A DNA stretch of 62,911 bases, filler included, from Octopus bimaculoides (GCF_001194135.2; 9 parts of 9 records of this genome joined end to end with filler, not necessarily neighbours in it); one strand, 5' to 3'. Numbered from the whole stretch's first letter, positions 48,261 through 60,600 are shown. The notes: a model not told the origin generated them from the letters alone. Numbers and translations: made by a program.

Positions 48261-48548
48261 ACACGCTAATATGGAACAGTAAGAATGATTCTTCGACGGT
48301 GCATTGGTTGATTAATGTTCTTTATCTGTGGGTTAGTAAGGCTACCAATGGTTTCACGTAGAGAGGAATCTCTTAAAAATTTTCAAGTCTACCACATAGG
48401 AACATCGGAACTCATCTCCATACCTTGTATATATGTGTGCGTGCATTTGTGTGTACGTGTGTATGTATGTTATATGTATGTGCATATATGTTTAAGTGTC
48501 TGTGTGTGTAAGCGAGTGTGTACGTATACATGTATATATGTATATATG

Positions 48549-48595
<47 letters not shown>

Positions 48596-48605
48596 NNNNN
48601 NNNNN

Positions 48606-48638
<33 letters not shown>

Positions 48639-49779
48639 CCTATATCTATACCTATCTATCTGTATATGTATGTATACTTGTGTGTACGTATACATGTACG
48701 TATGTTAATATGTATGTATGTATAAACAAGAATGGAGAAAATCTCACCTTTAACTGATAATTACACAATATATCATCGACAATCGTTTCTCTTGCGTCTG
48801 CATATAGAAAACAGCAGTGCAAAGCAATATACCCAAAAAATTTATGCTGACACAATGTTATTAAGGAAATCTAAAACGGACTAAATTCAAAGTGAACTGA
48901 GATAATATCTCTAATACAACAACGCATACATGAAGAAAGTTAAGGAGAAATAAAATAAAATCTAGTAAGCGTAGTGTTACGTTTTTAGCATATATTGATA
49001 CCTAGATAAGTACATGTCGTAACGTAGAATTTCTCTGTTTATTTTTTATTCTTTCGTTGTCTACTAGCGTTGTGATAAGTTTAAATACTAAAATAGTTTC
49101 TTCTTAGAATGTTACATTGCTTCTTTGGGTTCTTTTTGTATGCGTTCTTGTATTGGAGATATTATCTCGATACACTTTGAAATCAGCCTATTTTGTGTTA
49201 TCTTGATAACATTTGTTAGCATAAATTTTCGGATGTATTGGCTTGTACCTTTCACTATATCTAAATATACAGGGATAATAGTAATAACTATTAGTTATAT
49301 ATGGTGTAATTATCAATTAAGGATGTGATTTTCATGAAATTCTTCTAAACGAATCTAATTGTTAGATATAATTAACCATGTTCACTTAATGCTAAGTGAT
49401 TTCCAGATTTCTGCTTATATATATATATATATATTTCTGCTTATATATATATATATATATANNNNNNNNNNCTTCTAAACGAATCTAATTGTTAGATATA
49501 ATTAACCATGTTCACTTAATGCTAAGTGATTTCCAGATTTCTGCTTATATATATATCCCACTGATGGATAAATCACTTCATGATTGTAGAAAGAACCTGA
49601 ATGAAGGTGCATAGCAGAACATTGCGATTTGCATACGCAACTGCACACACCCTATGCAGCAGAAACGCGTCTCAGTCATTTTAATTAAATAGTTATGCTG
49701 TGAAATTAAAAGAAAAATTTGAAGACGTACCAGTCGCCGTATTCTTCGTAATTGTTTTGCATATATATTTATATAAACA

Positions 49780-50010
49780 CACACACACATATATATAAAT
49801 ATATATAATATGTGACAATTAGTCGGTTGCTATAATAAAATTCAGAGTTTCGGATGTCGGAGTGGAATTCTGCTCCGGCATCTCGTCAGTTTTTTAAGAC
49901 AAACAAAAATGCTATGAAAATGACCGTTAAACAAAGGGAAATTACTATGAAGATGATAGTTATTAAGACAAACAAAAGAGCTATGAGAATGACCGTTAAA
50001 TAAATGGAAA
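49780..50010 (-). mobile_element. Penelope-like terminal repeat (family P3) with hammerhead-like motif at ~49836-49895 and a 50-bp direct repeat
   Basis: Minus strand CTGACGA-GATGCCGGAG(CAGAATTCCA)CTCCGACATC-C-GAAA-C. The repeat ttaagacaaacaaaa.gctatga.aatgaccgttaaa occurs at ~49893 and ~49962. Confidence 0.5.
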
Positions 50011-50014
50011 TTGC

Positions 50015-50543
50015 CTTGAGATAGCCGAACAATGGTATGAACACAAGACAGAGGAACTAATGGAAAATGAGCATTACAAAATATTCTGGGATTTTAAGAT
50101 GCAGTACAACCAAGTCATAGAGGCGAGACGACCAGATATCGTGCTCATCCATAAAGATGAAAAAGAAGTAAAGATAATAGATGTTGCAATACCAGGCGAT
50201 TCGAGGGTGAAATGTAAGGAAACAGAAAAGATTGAGAAATACCAGCCACTGCAGGACGAGATAGGTAAGTTATGGGGCATGAGGAAAGTAATGGGGATAC
50301 CGATGATAACTGGAACTTTAGGAGCTGTTTCCAAGGGCTTTGAAAAACATATTAAGAATACTGGAGCTGCTGTCAGACTCGAGTTGATCCAGAAGACAGC
50401 ATTGTTGGGTACAGCTCGCATTGTAACGAGAGTATTGTCTCTTTGAGTCACAGGAGAAGGCACTACTTCAAAGCTTTGATGATTTGTTATTGCTTGCTTT
50501 CAAGTAAAGAATAACCGGTAATATCCGAGAGTCTTTCATAATA

Positions 50544-50600
<57 letters not shown>
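50015..50600 (+). mobile_element. R4/Dong-clade non-LTR retrotransposon 3' end (restriction-like endonuclease domain, 3'UTR, (TAA)n)
   Basis: QWYEHK..ELMENEHYKIFWDF...RRPDIVLI...IIDVAIPGD...KETEKIEKYQPL..EI..LW...GTLG...QKTALLGTARIVTRVL* (stop at 50446), followed by (TAA)n at ~50546-50600. Confidence 0.92.
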
Positions 50601-50602
<2 letters not shown>

Positions 50603-50772
50603 GCCAATGAAATAAGAGAACTAGACGAAAGTCAACCATATAAGTATTTAGGAGTCAATGAACTAGATAGGATACAACATACACAAATGAAAGAAAAAAT
50701 AAAGAAAGAGTACTATAGACGAGTTAGATCAATACTAAAAACAGAGCTCAATGCTAAAAACAAGATAATGGG
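50601..50772 (+). mobile_element. Second R4/Dong copy, 5'-truncated within the RT, starting at the (TAA)n tract
   Basis: KANEIRELDESQPYKYLGVNELDRIQHTQMKEKIKKEYYRRVRSILKTELNAKNKIM, i.e. the YKYLG motif and the following thumb region. It runs into the join. Confidence 0.88.
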
Positions 50773-50872
50773 NNNNNNNNNNNNNNNNNNNNNNNNNNNN
50801 NNNNNNNNNNNNNNNNTTAATTAATTAANNNNNNNNNNNNNNNNNNNNNNNNNNNNNNNNNNNNNNNNNNNN
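50773..50872. other. Synthetic assembly join
   Basis: Linker at 50817-50828. Confidence 0.95.
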
Positions 50873-51059
50873 TATATGTATGTATGTATGTATATATATA
50901 TATGTATGTATGTATGTATATATATATATATGTGTATGTATGTATATACATATATATGTATGTATGTATGTATATATATATATATGTGTATGTATGTATG
51001 TATATATATATATATGTATGTATGTATATACATATATATATATATACATATATATATAG

Positions 51060-51101
<42 letters not shown>

Positions 51102-51149
51102 ATACGTGCCTATTGTTCTTGCTTTTCGTTCTGTATCCGTTGGTATACA

Positions 51150-51400
51150 TGCACCACCCTCTTAAGGGGCAGGCCCCAGGTGTCTTACACTTACAAACGG
51201 GCGAAGGGGGCTGCGAATTCAGTGGTCGGAAGCGGGAGGCTGGAGGCGGCATCAGGTGCGATTTGCAGGGGACTTTATTGTTGCTTCTATCAAATTTCGT
51301 TGCTATTTACAGAGTTTCCTTACTGGTTCTCATCTTCACTTGGAAAATTTGAACATTCTCATATGAAACTATTGAGAGTCCTTCCCAATAAATGTTAACC
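51150..51400 (-). mobile_element. Penelope-like element ORF remnant (linker before the GIY-YIG domain)
   Basis: [17 protein letters not shown]...[15 protein letters not shown] (Cys motif at 51151-51195) resembles the KIFNR..KVSYSCMPN...CNC....CPL.G.C motif of Penelope elements. Confidence 0.5.
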
Positions 51401-52000
51401 ACGACAACATCAATTACAACCTCACAATTACAACATCAACAGCAACAATATAACTTTATAGAAAACCCTGATGTTTGGAAAAGAGATATTGGTGCAGAGG
51501 GATCTTTTGGTTATCTGCAGTGTCCGTAACCTTTGAAGGTCCTTTGAGGCCGGTGAGCTCGATCCTGTTTGTGTCTCGTTTGAACTGCTGCAGATGAACA
51601 CCTGCAGGAAAGATGTGTAGTAGGAGGAGATCTCGGTGGGACGATGGTACGGGGGAGGAAGGACTGGGTGGGAATTTAAGGACTGTTGAGCAATTAATGT
51701 TGTGCTAGAAAATTGATAGTAAGAGAGTGAGAGGTGAGAGTTAGACAGTGTAAGAGAGTTATGGAGAGAGAGGGAAAAGAGATAGAGAAAAGAGATAGAG
51801 AGAGGGAAAGAGAGAGAGAGGGGGCAAGAAGGGAAAGTGTTAGACAGTGATATAAGGATCGAGACAGACAGACAGATAGATAAATAGATGAAGAGAGAGA
51901 GAATGAGAGAGAGAAAAAACAGAGGGAGAGTAAGAAAAGAGAAATCAAGGGAGAGATGGAGAGTCATACCCAGAGAAAGATAGAGAAATTGCGCTAGATA

Positions 52001-52040
<40 letters not shown>

Positions 52041-52140
52041 NNNNNNNNNNNNNNNNNNNNNNNNNNNNNNNNNNNNNNNNNNNNTTAATTAATTAANNNN
52101 NNNNNNNNNNNNNNNNNNNNNNNNNNNNNNNNNNNNNNNN
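52041..52140. other. Synthetic assembly join
   Basis: Linker at 52085-52096. Confidence 0.95.
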
Positions 52141-53036
52141 ATATATATATATATACACACATTTATATATGACTATTCCGAAATAGCCGATGAGTAAATT
52201 ATGCGTAACATATACGCAAATGGTTGCAATAAGCTTCCATTCCGGGAAAGTTATCAAAGAACAAAAACCAAAACTAAGCATTGTATAAAGAAGCAAAATA
52301 TATTGTTTTCTTTTCTCGTATACAGACATATCTCCATGAATGAAATATTTGAACATTAACTACACTGATAGGAAATGCAATTACTGCAGGCACAACAATA
52401 AGTATGTTGATACCTAAATGAAACCACACACCCATCTATCTCACTATGACAATCGGTGAGTAGGACTTTTCTTTGATTCTCTGCTGAATCCTTCTCCTCT
52501 CCCTCTTCTTTTCATTCTTTGCGCTAGCCTGGTTTTCTTTTCCATTCTCCAGTACAGCGGAGTATTTTCACATAAATATGTATGAACCCGAAGAAAAAGC
52601 ACAACTGAGGGCTATAAGACATTTTAAAAGCTAACTATGATACACTCTGTGTGATTTGGAAACAGCCATAGTACACGATATCCTCTTCCATTCCTTTTCT
52701 TTATAGATTTGATTATCGCATTATAAGTAATGCTTTCGAAATGGAGTAGTATAAGAGGTATTACATTATTGGAATTATCTGTCTTTCCTGGATATTAGAG
52801 GAACTATATTTAACGGATTTATTTGAAGGATTTATTATTATATTTTATAGAACAGTTATAAACCTGTATTTTCCAGACAAGTCGCGTTTTATGAAGATTG
52901 CAGGGTTACATAATCAGACTTTCACCTAACACTGCGTTATAAACCTAGTGCGAAATCAGTTCATATGATAGGTCCTAAAGGATATATAATACTGTGCATT
53001 TCTATTAATATGTAATAATATATATATTAATATATA

Positions 53037-53290
53037 TATGTGGTCTGATCAATACGTATCCGGACTGTTGTCATAGTATCGAAGCTAAAGCATCCAGACT
53101 GAGGCCACTTGACACACATTGGTTTTAAGCTCTGTTGTGCATGCGCACTAACTTTCAGCGTTCCAGCTCACTTCCACTGTTTACAGCAGTACTTCGAAGG
53201 AATGTGTGTAGCGTGTTATTCTCGCATTGACAATGACAGAGAAAGTTGAGCAGAGAATCTGCATTAAGTTTGGCAAAAGTCCAGATACCT
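53037..53290 (+). mobile_element. Mariner 5' end (TIR, UTR and start of transposase)
   Basis: TA-TGTGGTCTGATCAATACGTATCCGGACT TIR-like start; MTEKVEQRICIKF at ~53233. Confidence 0.75.
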
Positions 53291-53345
53291 AAAGATTAGA
53301 CCTCGTATATATATATAGGTGTGTGTGTGTGTATGTGTGTGTGTG

Positions 53346-53376
<31 letters not shown>

Positions 53377-53796
53377 ATGTCTGTGTTTGTGTCTGTGTGT
53401 GTCTGTGTATCTATACTATAAAAGGCAAATCTACTCTGTGCGTGTGTATGTTTAAAATTCATACATTTACACAATTCAAAATTTCTTCGATTAAACAATC
53501 GCAATTAATATTCTAAATACAATAAGTTAGGTCACTGCGTCATTTTTTCACTCCAAAAAATTCCTAATAGCGAATAAAATCCTTAAAAATACACAAGTAA
53601 ACATTTTCTCCCTAATAAAATCTAATTTCCTCTTTCTAATACAAATCCATTCAACTCCTACTTTCTCTTAATGAGCCTTTACGAAAAATCCAACAACAAA
53701 TACAAAAATAAAGGAAGGAGAAAAAGAAAACTATTTCAGTATCAAATCACATTTCGATACTGTAATGACAGATACTAAAAGTACATACAAAATTAC

Positions 53797-53896
53797 NNNN
53801 NNNNNNNNNNNNNNNNNNNNNNNNNNNNNNNNNNNNNNNNTTAATTAATTAANNNNNNNNNNNNNNNNNNNNNNNNNNNNNNNNNNNNNNNNNNNN
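53797..53896. other. Synthetic assembly join
   Basis: Linker at 53841-53852. Confidence 0.95.
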
Positions 53897-53951
<55 letters not shown>

Positions 53952-54414
53952 TGCGTATGTAAGTGTGTGTGTGTATGTTTGTGTATACGTGTATGTATGT
54001 GTGTATGTGTGTCTATCTGTGTGTATGTATGCGTATGTGTGTATGTGTGTATGTGTGTATGTGTGGTGTATGTGTATGTATATGCGTATGTGTATGTATG
54101 TGTGTATGTGTATGTATGTATGTATGTATGTTCTTTTGCGTGTGCGTGTGCGTGTGTTTGTGTGTGTGTGTGTGTTTGTGTGTGTGTGTTTGAATGTGTG
54201 TGTATGCGTGTGTATATGTGTATTAGCATGTGTGTATGTGTATTAGCATGTGTGTATATGTGTATGTGTGTATGTATGTGTATGTGTGTGTATATGTGTG
54301 TATGTGTATATGTATGTGTGTATGTGTGTATGTGTGTATGTGCATGTATGTGTGTATGTGCGTGTATGTATGTGTGTTGGTGTGTGTGTGTGTGTGTGTG
54401 TTACTTTCGTCCTT

Positions 54415-54660
54415 TACTTGTTTTACTTGCTACAGACAGGACTGCGGCCATGCTGGGGCACCGTCACGGAGGGTTTACTCGAAATCGATACCAGTCCTTT
54501 TCTTTCTTTCTTTTAAAAAAAAAAAAAAGGGTGGGGTGGGGGGAAGCCTGGTACTTATTCTATTGGCCTCTTTTTTGTTGCCGAAACAGCTATGTTAGGT
54601 GGATGTAAACAAACCAACGCCAGTGTTCAAGCGATGGTGAGTGACAAACACAAGCATGCA
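54415..54660 (-). mobile_element. SINE family A, 3' half
   Basis: gactgcggccatgctggggcaccg...aagcctggtacttattctattggcctc. Confidence 0.8.
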
Positions 54661-54703
54661 CTCACACACGTATACACAATTACATGCATGAATACACACA
54701 CAA

Positions 54704-54734
<31 letters not shown>

Positions 54735-54766
54735 AGCATATACATACATAAACAAACGCACACAGT

Positions 54767-55120
54767 AGCACAGGCGTGGCTGTGTGGTAAGAAGTTTATT
54801 TCCCGACCACATTGCTCTAGGTTCAGTCCCACTGCGCAGCACATTGGGCAAGTGTTTTCTTCTATTGCCTCAGGCCAACTAAAGCCTTGTGACGGTAACT
54901 GAAAGATGCTTGTCGTGTATATACATACATACACACCACCGTTTGACAACAGGTGTTGGTTTGTTTGCATCCTCGTAACGTAACTGCTTGGCAAAAGAGA
55001 CCGATAGAATACGTGCCAGGCTTAAAAGAAGTACAAGAGTCGATTTGTTCGACCAGAAATTCTTTAAGGTGGTGTCCAAGCATGGCTGCAATCTATCGAC
55101 TGAAACGAGTAAAAGATAAA
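54767..55120 (+). mobile_element. SINE family A, complete
   Basis: gtggctgtgtggtaagaag head through ggtggtgtccaagcatggctgcaatctatcgactgaaac tail. Confidence 0.85.
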
Positions 55121-55173
55121 GATATGTATGTACGTATATATGCATACACAACATACATGTGTATATATGCATG

Positions 55174-55224
<51 letters not shown>

Positions 55225-55415
55225 ACTTCGAAGACTCATCTTGTTTAATGCTCGAAATGAGGTGTAGATAGACAGCCGACAGCTGATGAAGGGTCGTTCT
55301 TTATGTTACTTGTCCTGTTTTCTATTTGTTTCTCTCGTTGTTTGCATATCGAACTCATTTGCTTTCGTATTTCATGTTGTTTACTGTTGGTGACGTCCTG
55401 TACCCACAAATGCAT
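55225..55415 (+). mobile_element. Penelope-like terminal repeat (family P2)
   Basis: aatgctcgaaatg...gacagccgacagctgatgaagggtcgttctttatg...gtgacgtcctgtacccacaaatgcat. Confidence 0.5.
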
Positions 55416-55438
55416 ATGTATATATATAAATATAAATA

Positions 55439-56045
55439 GGCGCAGGAGTGGCTGTGTGGTAAGTAGCTTGCTTACCAACCACATGGTCCCGGGTTCATTC
55501 CCACTGCGTGGCACCTTCGGCAAGTGTCTTCTACTATAGCCTCGGGCCGACCAAAGCCTTGTGAGTGGATTTGGTAGATGGAAACTGAAAGAAGCCTGTC
55601 GTGTATATATATTATCTTCGAAACGTCTAGTTAGAATAGAGACAACTGATGAAGGGATATTCCAAGTGGCTTTCCGTTCCTATGTGTTCGTTCCGTTGTC
55701 TGTAGTTCATTGTTCTAACGTCCTGTACCCTGATATGCATATATATACACATGCAGATGTAAGTATGTACATATATGTGTGTATACATGTATATATNNNN
55801 NNNNNNNNGTATGTATGTATGTATGTATGTATGTGTGTATATGTTTATGTGTCTGTGTTTGCCCCGCCCCCAACATCGCTTGACAACCGATGGTGGTGTG
55901 TTTACGTCCCCGTAACTTAGCGGTTCGGCAAAAGAGAATGATAGAATTAGGCTTACAAAGAATAAGTCCTGGGGTCGACTTGTTCGACTAAAGGCGGTGC
56001 TCCAGCATGCCTGCAGTCAAATTACTGAAACAATTAAAAGAATAA
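55439..56045 (+). mobile_element. SINE family A, complete, with a P-type repeat (55612-55740) nested in its internal microsatellite
   Basis: Head 55439-55605, insert cgaaacgtctag...ctgatgaaggg...gtcctgtaccctgatatgcat, tail 55848-56045. Confidence 0.88.
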
Positions 56046-56399
56046 AAAAAATATATATTTATGTATACATACGTATTATGTATGTAAACATGTAGGTATT
56101 TATATGATGGGCTTCTTCCAGTTTCCGTTTTATCAAATCTATTTATAAAGCGTTGGTCTGCTTCTCTACCACACAGCCAAGCGCTATTATTTTTTAGCCC
56201 CCGGTCAACCATAATCGAGCAGAACTTTGATCAGAGGCATTATTCCGGCGGTAACCAACGCATCTTCTCTGTTTTATGTGTTGTTGACTGAAAGTTGTCA
56301 AACATGGAGTTGCTATTTTAAACCCGTAATTTGTGTGGTTTGTTTGGGATTTGATTGCTATTTCTGGTAAATCCTGCAGCCATGCAATTTGAGTGTATT

Positions 56400-56458
56400 G
56401 TGGCTATGTACCTGTGTGCGTGCACGTATGTATGTGTGTATATGAGTGTGTGTGTGTG

Positions 56459-56496
<38 letters not shown>

Positions 56497-56926
56497 ATGT
56501 GGTGTATGCATTTGTGTATGTGTGTTCGTGCTGTGTACTGAGTGCTGTGTATATGTGTGTATGTGTGTATCTTTGTGTAGTGTGCTGTATACTGTGTATG
56601 TGCCTGTGTGTGCCATGTGCTGTGTGTATGTGTGTGTATGTGCGTGTACTGTGTGCAATGTGTAAGAGTATGAGTGTATGTGTGTGTGTTTGTGCAGTGT
56701 GCTATGCTGCTATGTGCTGCATGTGTATACGTGCGTGTGTGTTTGTGTGTGTGTTTGTGCAGTGTGTTATGCTGCTATGTGCTGTATGTGTATACGTGCG
56801 TGTGTATGTGTGTGTGTGTGTATGTGTGTGTGTGTGTGTGTTTGGTTGTGTATGTAAGTATGAGTTCTGTATGTAATTTACATATGTTATGTATGTCGTC
56901 AGGGCATGTGTGTGTGCATATGTAGT

Positions 56927-56976
<50 letters not shown>

Positions 56977-57430
56977 GTATACCTCTATGTAGTGCTATGT
57001 ATTGTGTATGAGCGTGCGTGTATGTGTGTCTGTGTGTGTCTGTGTGCTTGTGCATGCATAGTGTGTGTGTGTATGTGTATGTGTTAGGAATTGTGTGTGG
57101 ATTATGTATGTTGCGGGAACAGGTGCGTTTCAGCTCCTTTTTTTATGTGTGTGTTTGTTTGTGTGTGTATGTGTGTGTGTCTGCGTAAGCTTATATGAGT
57201 ACGTGCTGTGAGTACGAATTATGTATGTGCATTTATGGGTGGGGGAACATGTGGTTGTATGTGTATGTATGTGTGTGTGTGTGTGTGCGTGTGCGTGTAC
57301 GTGTGTGTGTGTGTGTTGATTGCTTGCGAGCGAGTTTTGTAAGTTGCTCCTGGTGCGTGTGTGTCTGTGTGTGTGTTTTAATGTGTGTGTATGTGTGAGT
57401 ATTTTGTGTGTGTTCGTGAGTGTTGTGTGT
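56400..57430. repeat. Degenerate (TG)n/(TATG)n low-complexity tract
   Basis: Directly visible; similar tracts at 46650-47200 and 53897-54400. Confidence 0.95.
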
Positions 57431-57454
57431 GCTAACATGCGTGTGATTGTTTAA

Positions 57455-57640
57455 CTCCAGGTCAGACCTGATCAGCTAAATCTACGATCAATAAGCTTCT
57501 TAGCCATGACTCTCTCACTGCCTTTTCCCTACATGTATGGAAGCCAGTAACACATTACCCAACGTGTCTCACATTTTGACATGGCGAACAGTGATTTGAT
57601 GGAGGTTTTGGCTGCTATTTCTACTGCGTAGAGCGGGTTT
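57455..57640 (+). repeat. Family D old repeat
   Basis: aggtcagacctgatcagc...acattacccaacgtgtc...ttttggctgctatttcta; another copy lies at 56205-56385. Confidence 0.5.
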
Positions 57641-57709
57641 GCCAGCTGTGATGCTATTTTACAGCTGAAATCTGCCTCAGTAATTTTAAACGATGTAACA
57701 CGTTACCTA

Positions 57710-57752
<43 letters not shown>

Positions 57753-57766
57753 CCAGCGCACGCGCG

Positions 57767-57800
<34 letters not shown>

Positions 57801-58085
57801 TACACACACACACACACACACACGCATCTGTGTCTATTTTTACGTATATGCATATGCATTGCGTATATGTATATGGAAGTGAATATATGTAGATGTATGC
57901 GTAAGCTTTGTGTGTATTTCTATGGTTATATGTATATGTGTACACGTTTATATGTTAAGGTAAAGAACTATATATCGGGTTGTCTGTATGTCTGTCTGTC
58001 TGTGTGTATGTATGTTTCTGTATGTGTATGTATGTTCTAGCTATGTATCTATCTATCAATCTGTTTGTCTGATTGTCTGTCTGTC

Positions 58086-58133
<48 letters not shown>

Positions 58134-58196
58134 AATATTCCTATGTATTTATGTATGTATGCATTTATCTATCAATATGTCTGTCTGTCTTTCTAA

Positions 58197-58370
<174 letters not shown>

Positions 58371-58506
58371 TGAGCGAGTATGACAGGGTATCTTCTGATA
58401 GGTTTTTCGTTAATTGTTTAAGGTGAATATATAGTCATGAGCAGACGTCTCGTTGTTCAGCCCTTGAATCACCGCAAAATCGAGAACATGACAGCTAAAG
58501 AGAGAG

Positions 58507-58569
<63 letters not shown>

Positions 58570-58669
58570 NNNNNNNNNNNNNNNNNNNNNNNNNNNNNNN
58601 NNNNNNNNNNNNNTTAATTAATTAANNNNNNNNNNNNNNNNNNNNNNNNNNNNNNNNNNNNNNNNNNNN
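58570..58669. other. Synthetic assembly join
   Basis: Linker at 58614-58625. Confidence 0.95.
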
Positions 58670-58959
58670 AGTACGCGGTTTCAAATACCATTGAAGACAA
58701 AAAGAAAAATACTTAATACTGCCATTGTTCCACATTTAAATACGTAAAAATTTATATCAAATCACAGTTATTTAACCCTTCAAATATGTAATTAAATTTC
58801 ATTAACATTCCCGTAATGATGTTAATTATCAATCCTAAAATTAGAATTGCTAATTTCTGTTTCTGCAATACCTTTTCTGTATCTTCCATAGGTCCACCTC
58901 TAAACAGGATTTGATTCTTTGTGAAGAAAGATTTAATGGAAAAAAAACCGATAGAATAC

Positions 58960-59140
58960 AAGGCGTGGTTGTGTGGTAAGAAGCTTGCTTCCCAACCACA
59001 TGGTTCAGGGTTCAATCCCACTGCTTGGGTAAGTGCCTTTTTTTTTCTCTTTTATTTGTTTCAGACTGCGTCCATGCTGGAGCATCATCTTGAAAGTGTA
59101 TTTTTGTCGAACGAATCGACTCCAATACTTTTCTTCTGAG
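58960..59140. mobile_element. Family A head (+) fused to a family A tail (-)
   Basis: ggcgtggttgtgtggtaagaagcttgcttcccaacc (58961-) followed by gactgcgtccatgctggagcatc (59065-). Confidence 0.7.
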
Positions 59141-59820
59141 CAGGTGAACCAGTGTTATATAGCAATATCCTTTAGTTTGGTCGTTCATGTGATTACAGGA
59201 TATATAGGAATATCGATTTGTAATCCAGGCAGGCACTGTCGTACAATCCAAACCTGGCTAACCTCGTCGAATAATACAGATTCGTTTAAGATTAAGAATT
59301 AAACGGTTCTTATTCACTCGATATGTAAATCCAGAGACCGCCTCAATGGATTTCATACAACAGACATATAACGAAGGCATCATAAAGAAGAATGGAGAAT
59401 TGTACAAATTGGAAATTTATTTATTACAGTATCATTCTCATTGAAGCTCACATTGAATTCCAATCCGACACGTGTTTCTGTTACATAAGTGTTTTGACTT
59501 TCTATGATGTAGAATTTATTTGCATTTAAGTGATTTAGTTGCAGTACATATTCATCCACAGTAATCATTCCCATGCAACTTTGTTCAAGGTTAAATATAT
59601 ATATAGGTGTGTGAGTGTGTGTGTGTAATCTCTTGCCCAACAATATGGTTTCAATTGCAGTATATCTCAAATTCTCCGTAAAAATTCGAGGTACAAAACA
59701 GAGCAACGCGGCTTTAGCACACATCTCTCATTCTCTTTGTCTCTCTTACTGTCTCTCTCTCTCTGTCACTCTCTCATTTCTCTATCCTTGTCTATCTATT
59801 TATTTATCTATCTCTTTATT

Positions 59821-59853
<33 letters not shown>

Positions 59854-59868
59854 TTCTCTCTCTCTCTT

Positions 59869-59927
<59 letters not shown>

Positions 59928-60469
59928 NNNNNNNNNNNNNNNNNNNNNNNNNNNNNNNNNNNNNNNNNNNNNNNNNNNNNNNNNNNNNNNNNNNNNNNNN
60001 NNNNNNNNNNNNNNNNNNNNNNNNNNNNNNNNNNNNNNNNNNNNNNNNNNNNNNNNNNNNNNNNNNNNNNNNNNNNNNNNNNNNNNNNNNNNNNNNNNNN
60101 NNNNNNNNNNNNNNNNNNNNNNNNNNNNNNNNNNNNNNNNNNNNNNNNNNNNNNNNNNNNNNNNNNNNNNNNNNNNNNNNNNNNNNNNNNNNNNNNNNNN
60201 NNNNNNNNNNNNNNNNNNNNNNNNNNNNNNNNNNNNNNNNNNNNNNNNNNNNNNNNNNNNNNNNNNNNNNNNNNNNNNNNNNNNNNNNNNNNNNNNNNNN
60301 NNNNNNNNNNNNNNNNNNNNNNNNNNNNNNNNNNNNNNNNNNNNNNNNNNNNNNNNNNNNNNNNNNNNNNNNNNNNNNNNNNNNNNNNNNNNNNNNNNNN
60401 NNNNNNNNNNNNNNNNNNNNNNNNNNNNNNNNNNNNNNNNNNNNNNNTATATATATATATATATATATA

Positions 60470-60600
60470 TATACGACGGGCTTCTTTCAGTTTCCGTCTA
60501 CCAAATCCACTCACGAGGCTTTGGTCGGCCCGAGGCTATAGTAGAAGACACTTGCCCAAGGTGCCACATAGTGGGACTGAACCCAGAACCATTGTGGTTT
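60470..60600 (-). mobile_element. SINE family A head, 5'-truncated
   Basis: acgacgggcttctttcagtttccgtctaccaaatccactcac...gtgggactgaacccagaacc. Confidence 0.88.

Noticed and set aside
49342-49556. ~85-bp direct duplication
   Set aside because: Identical copies flank a 10-N gap, which is typical of unmerged contig overlap. The duplication at 1390-1560 beside a gap is similarly suspect.
51428-51720. Terminal host exon GVHLQQFKRDTNRIELTGLKG...(-) after an acceptor at ~51607
   Set aside because: Two frames are open, so there is no frame discrimination, and it lies in line with the Penelope remnant at 51150-51400. It is more likely eroded element sequence, though an exon is not excluded.
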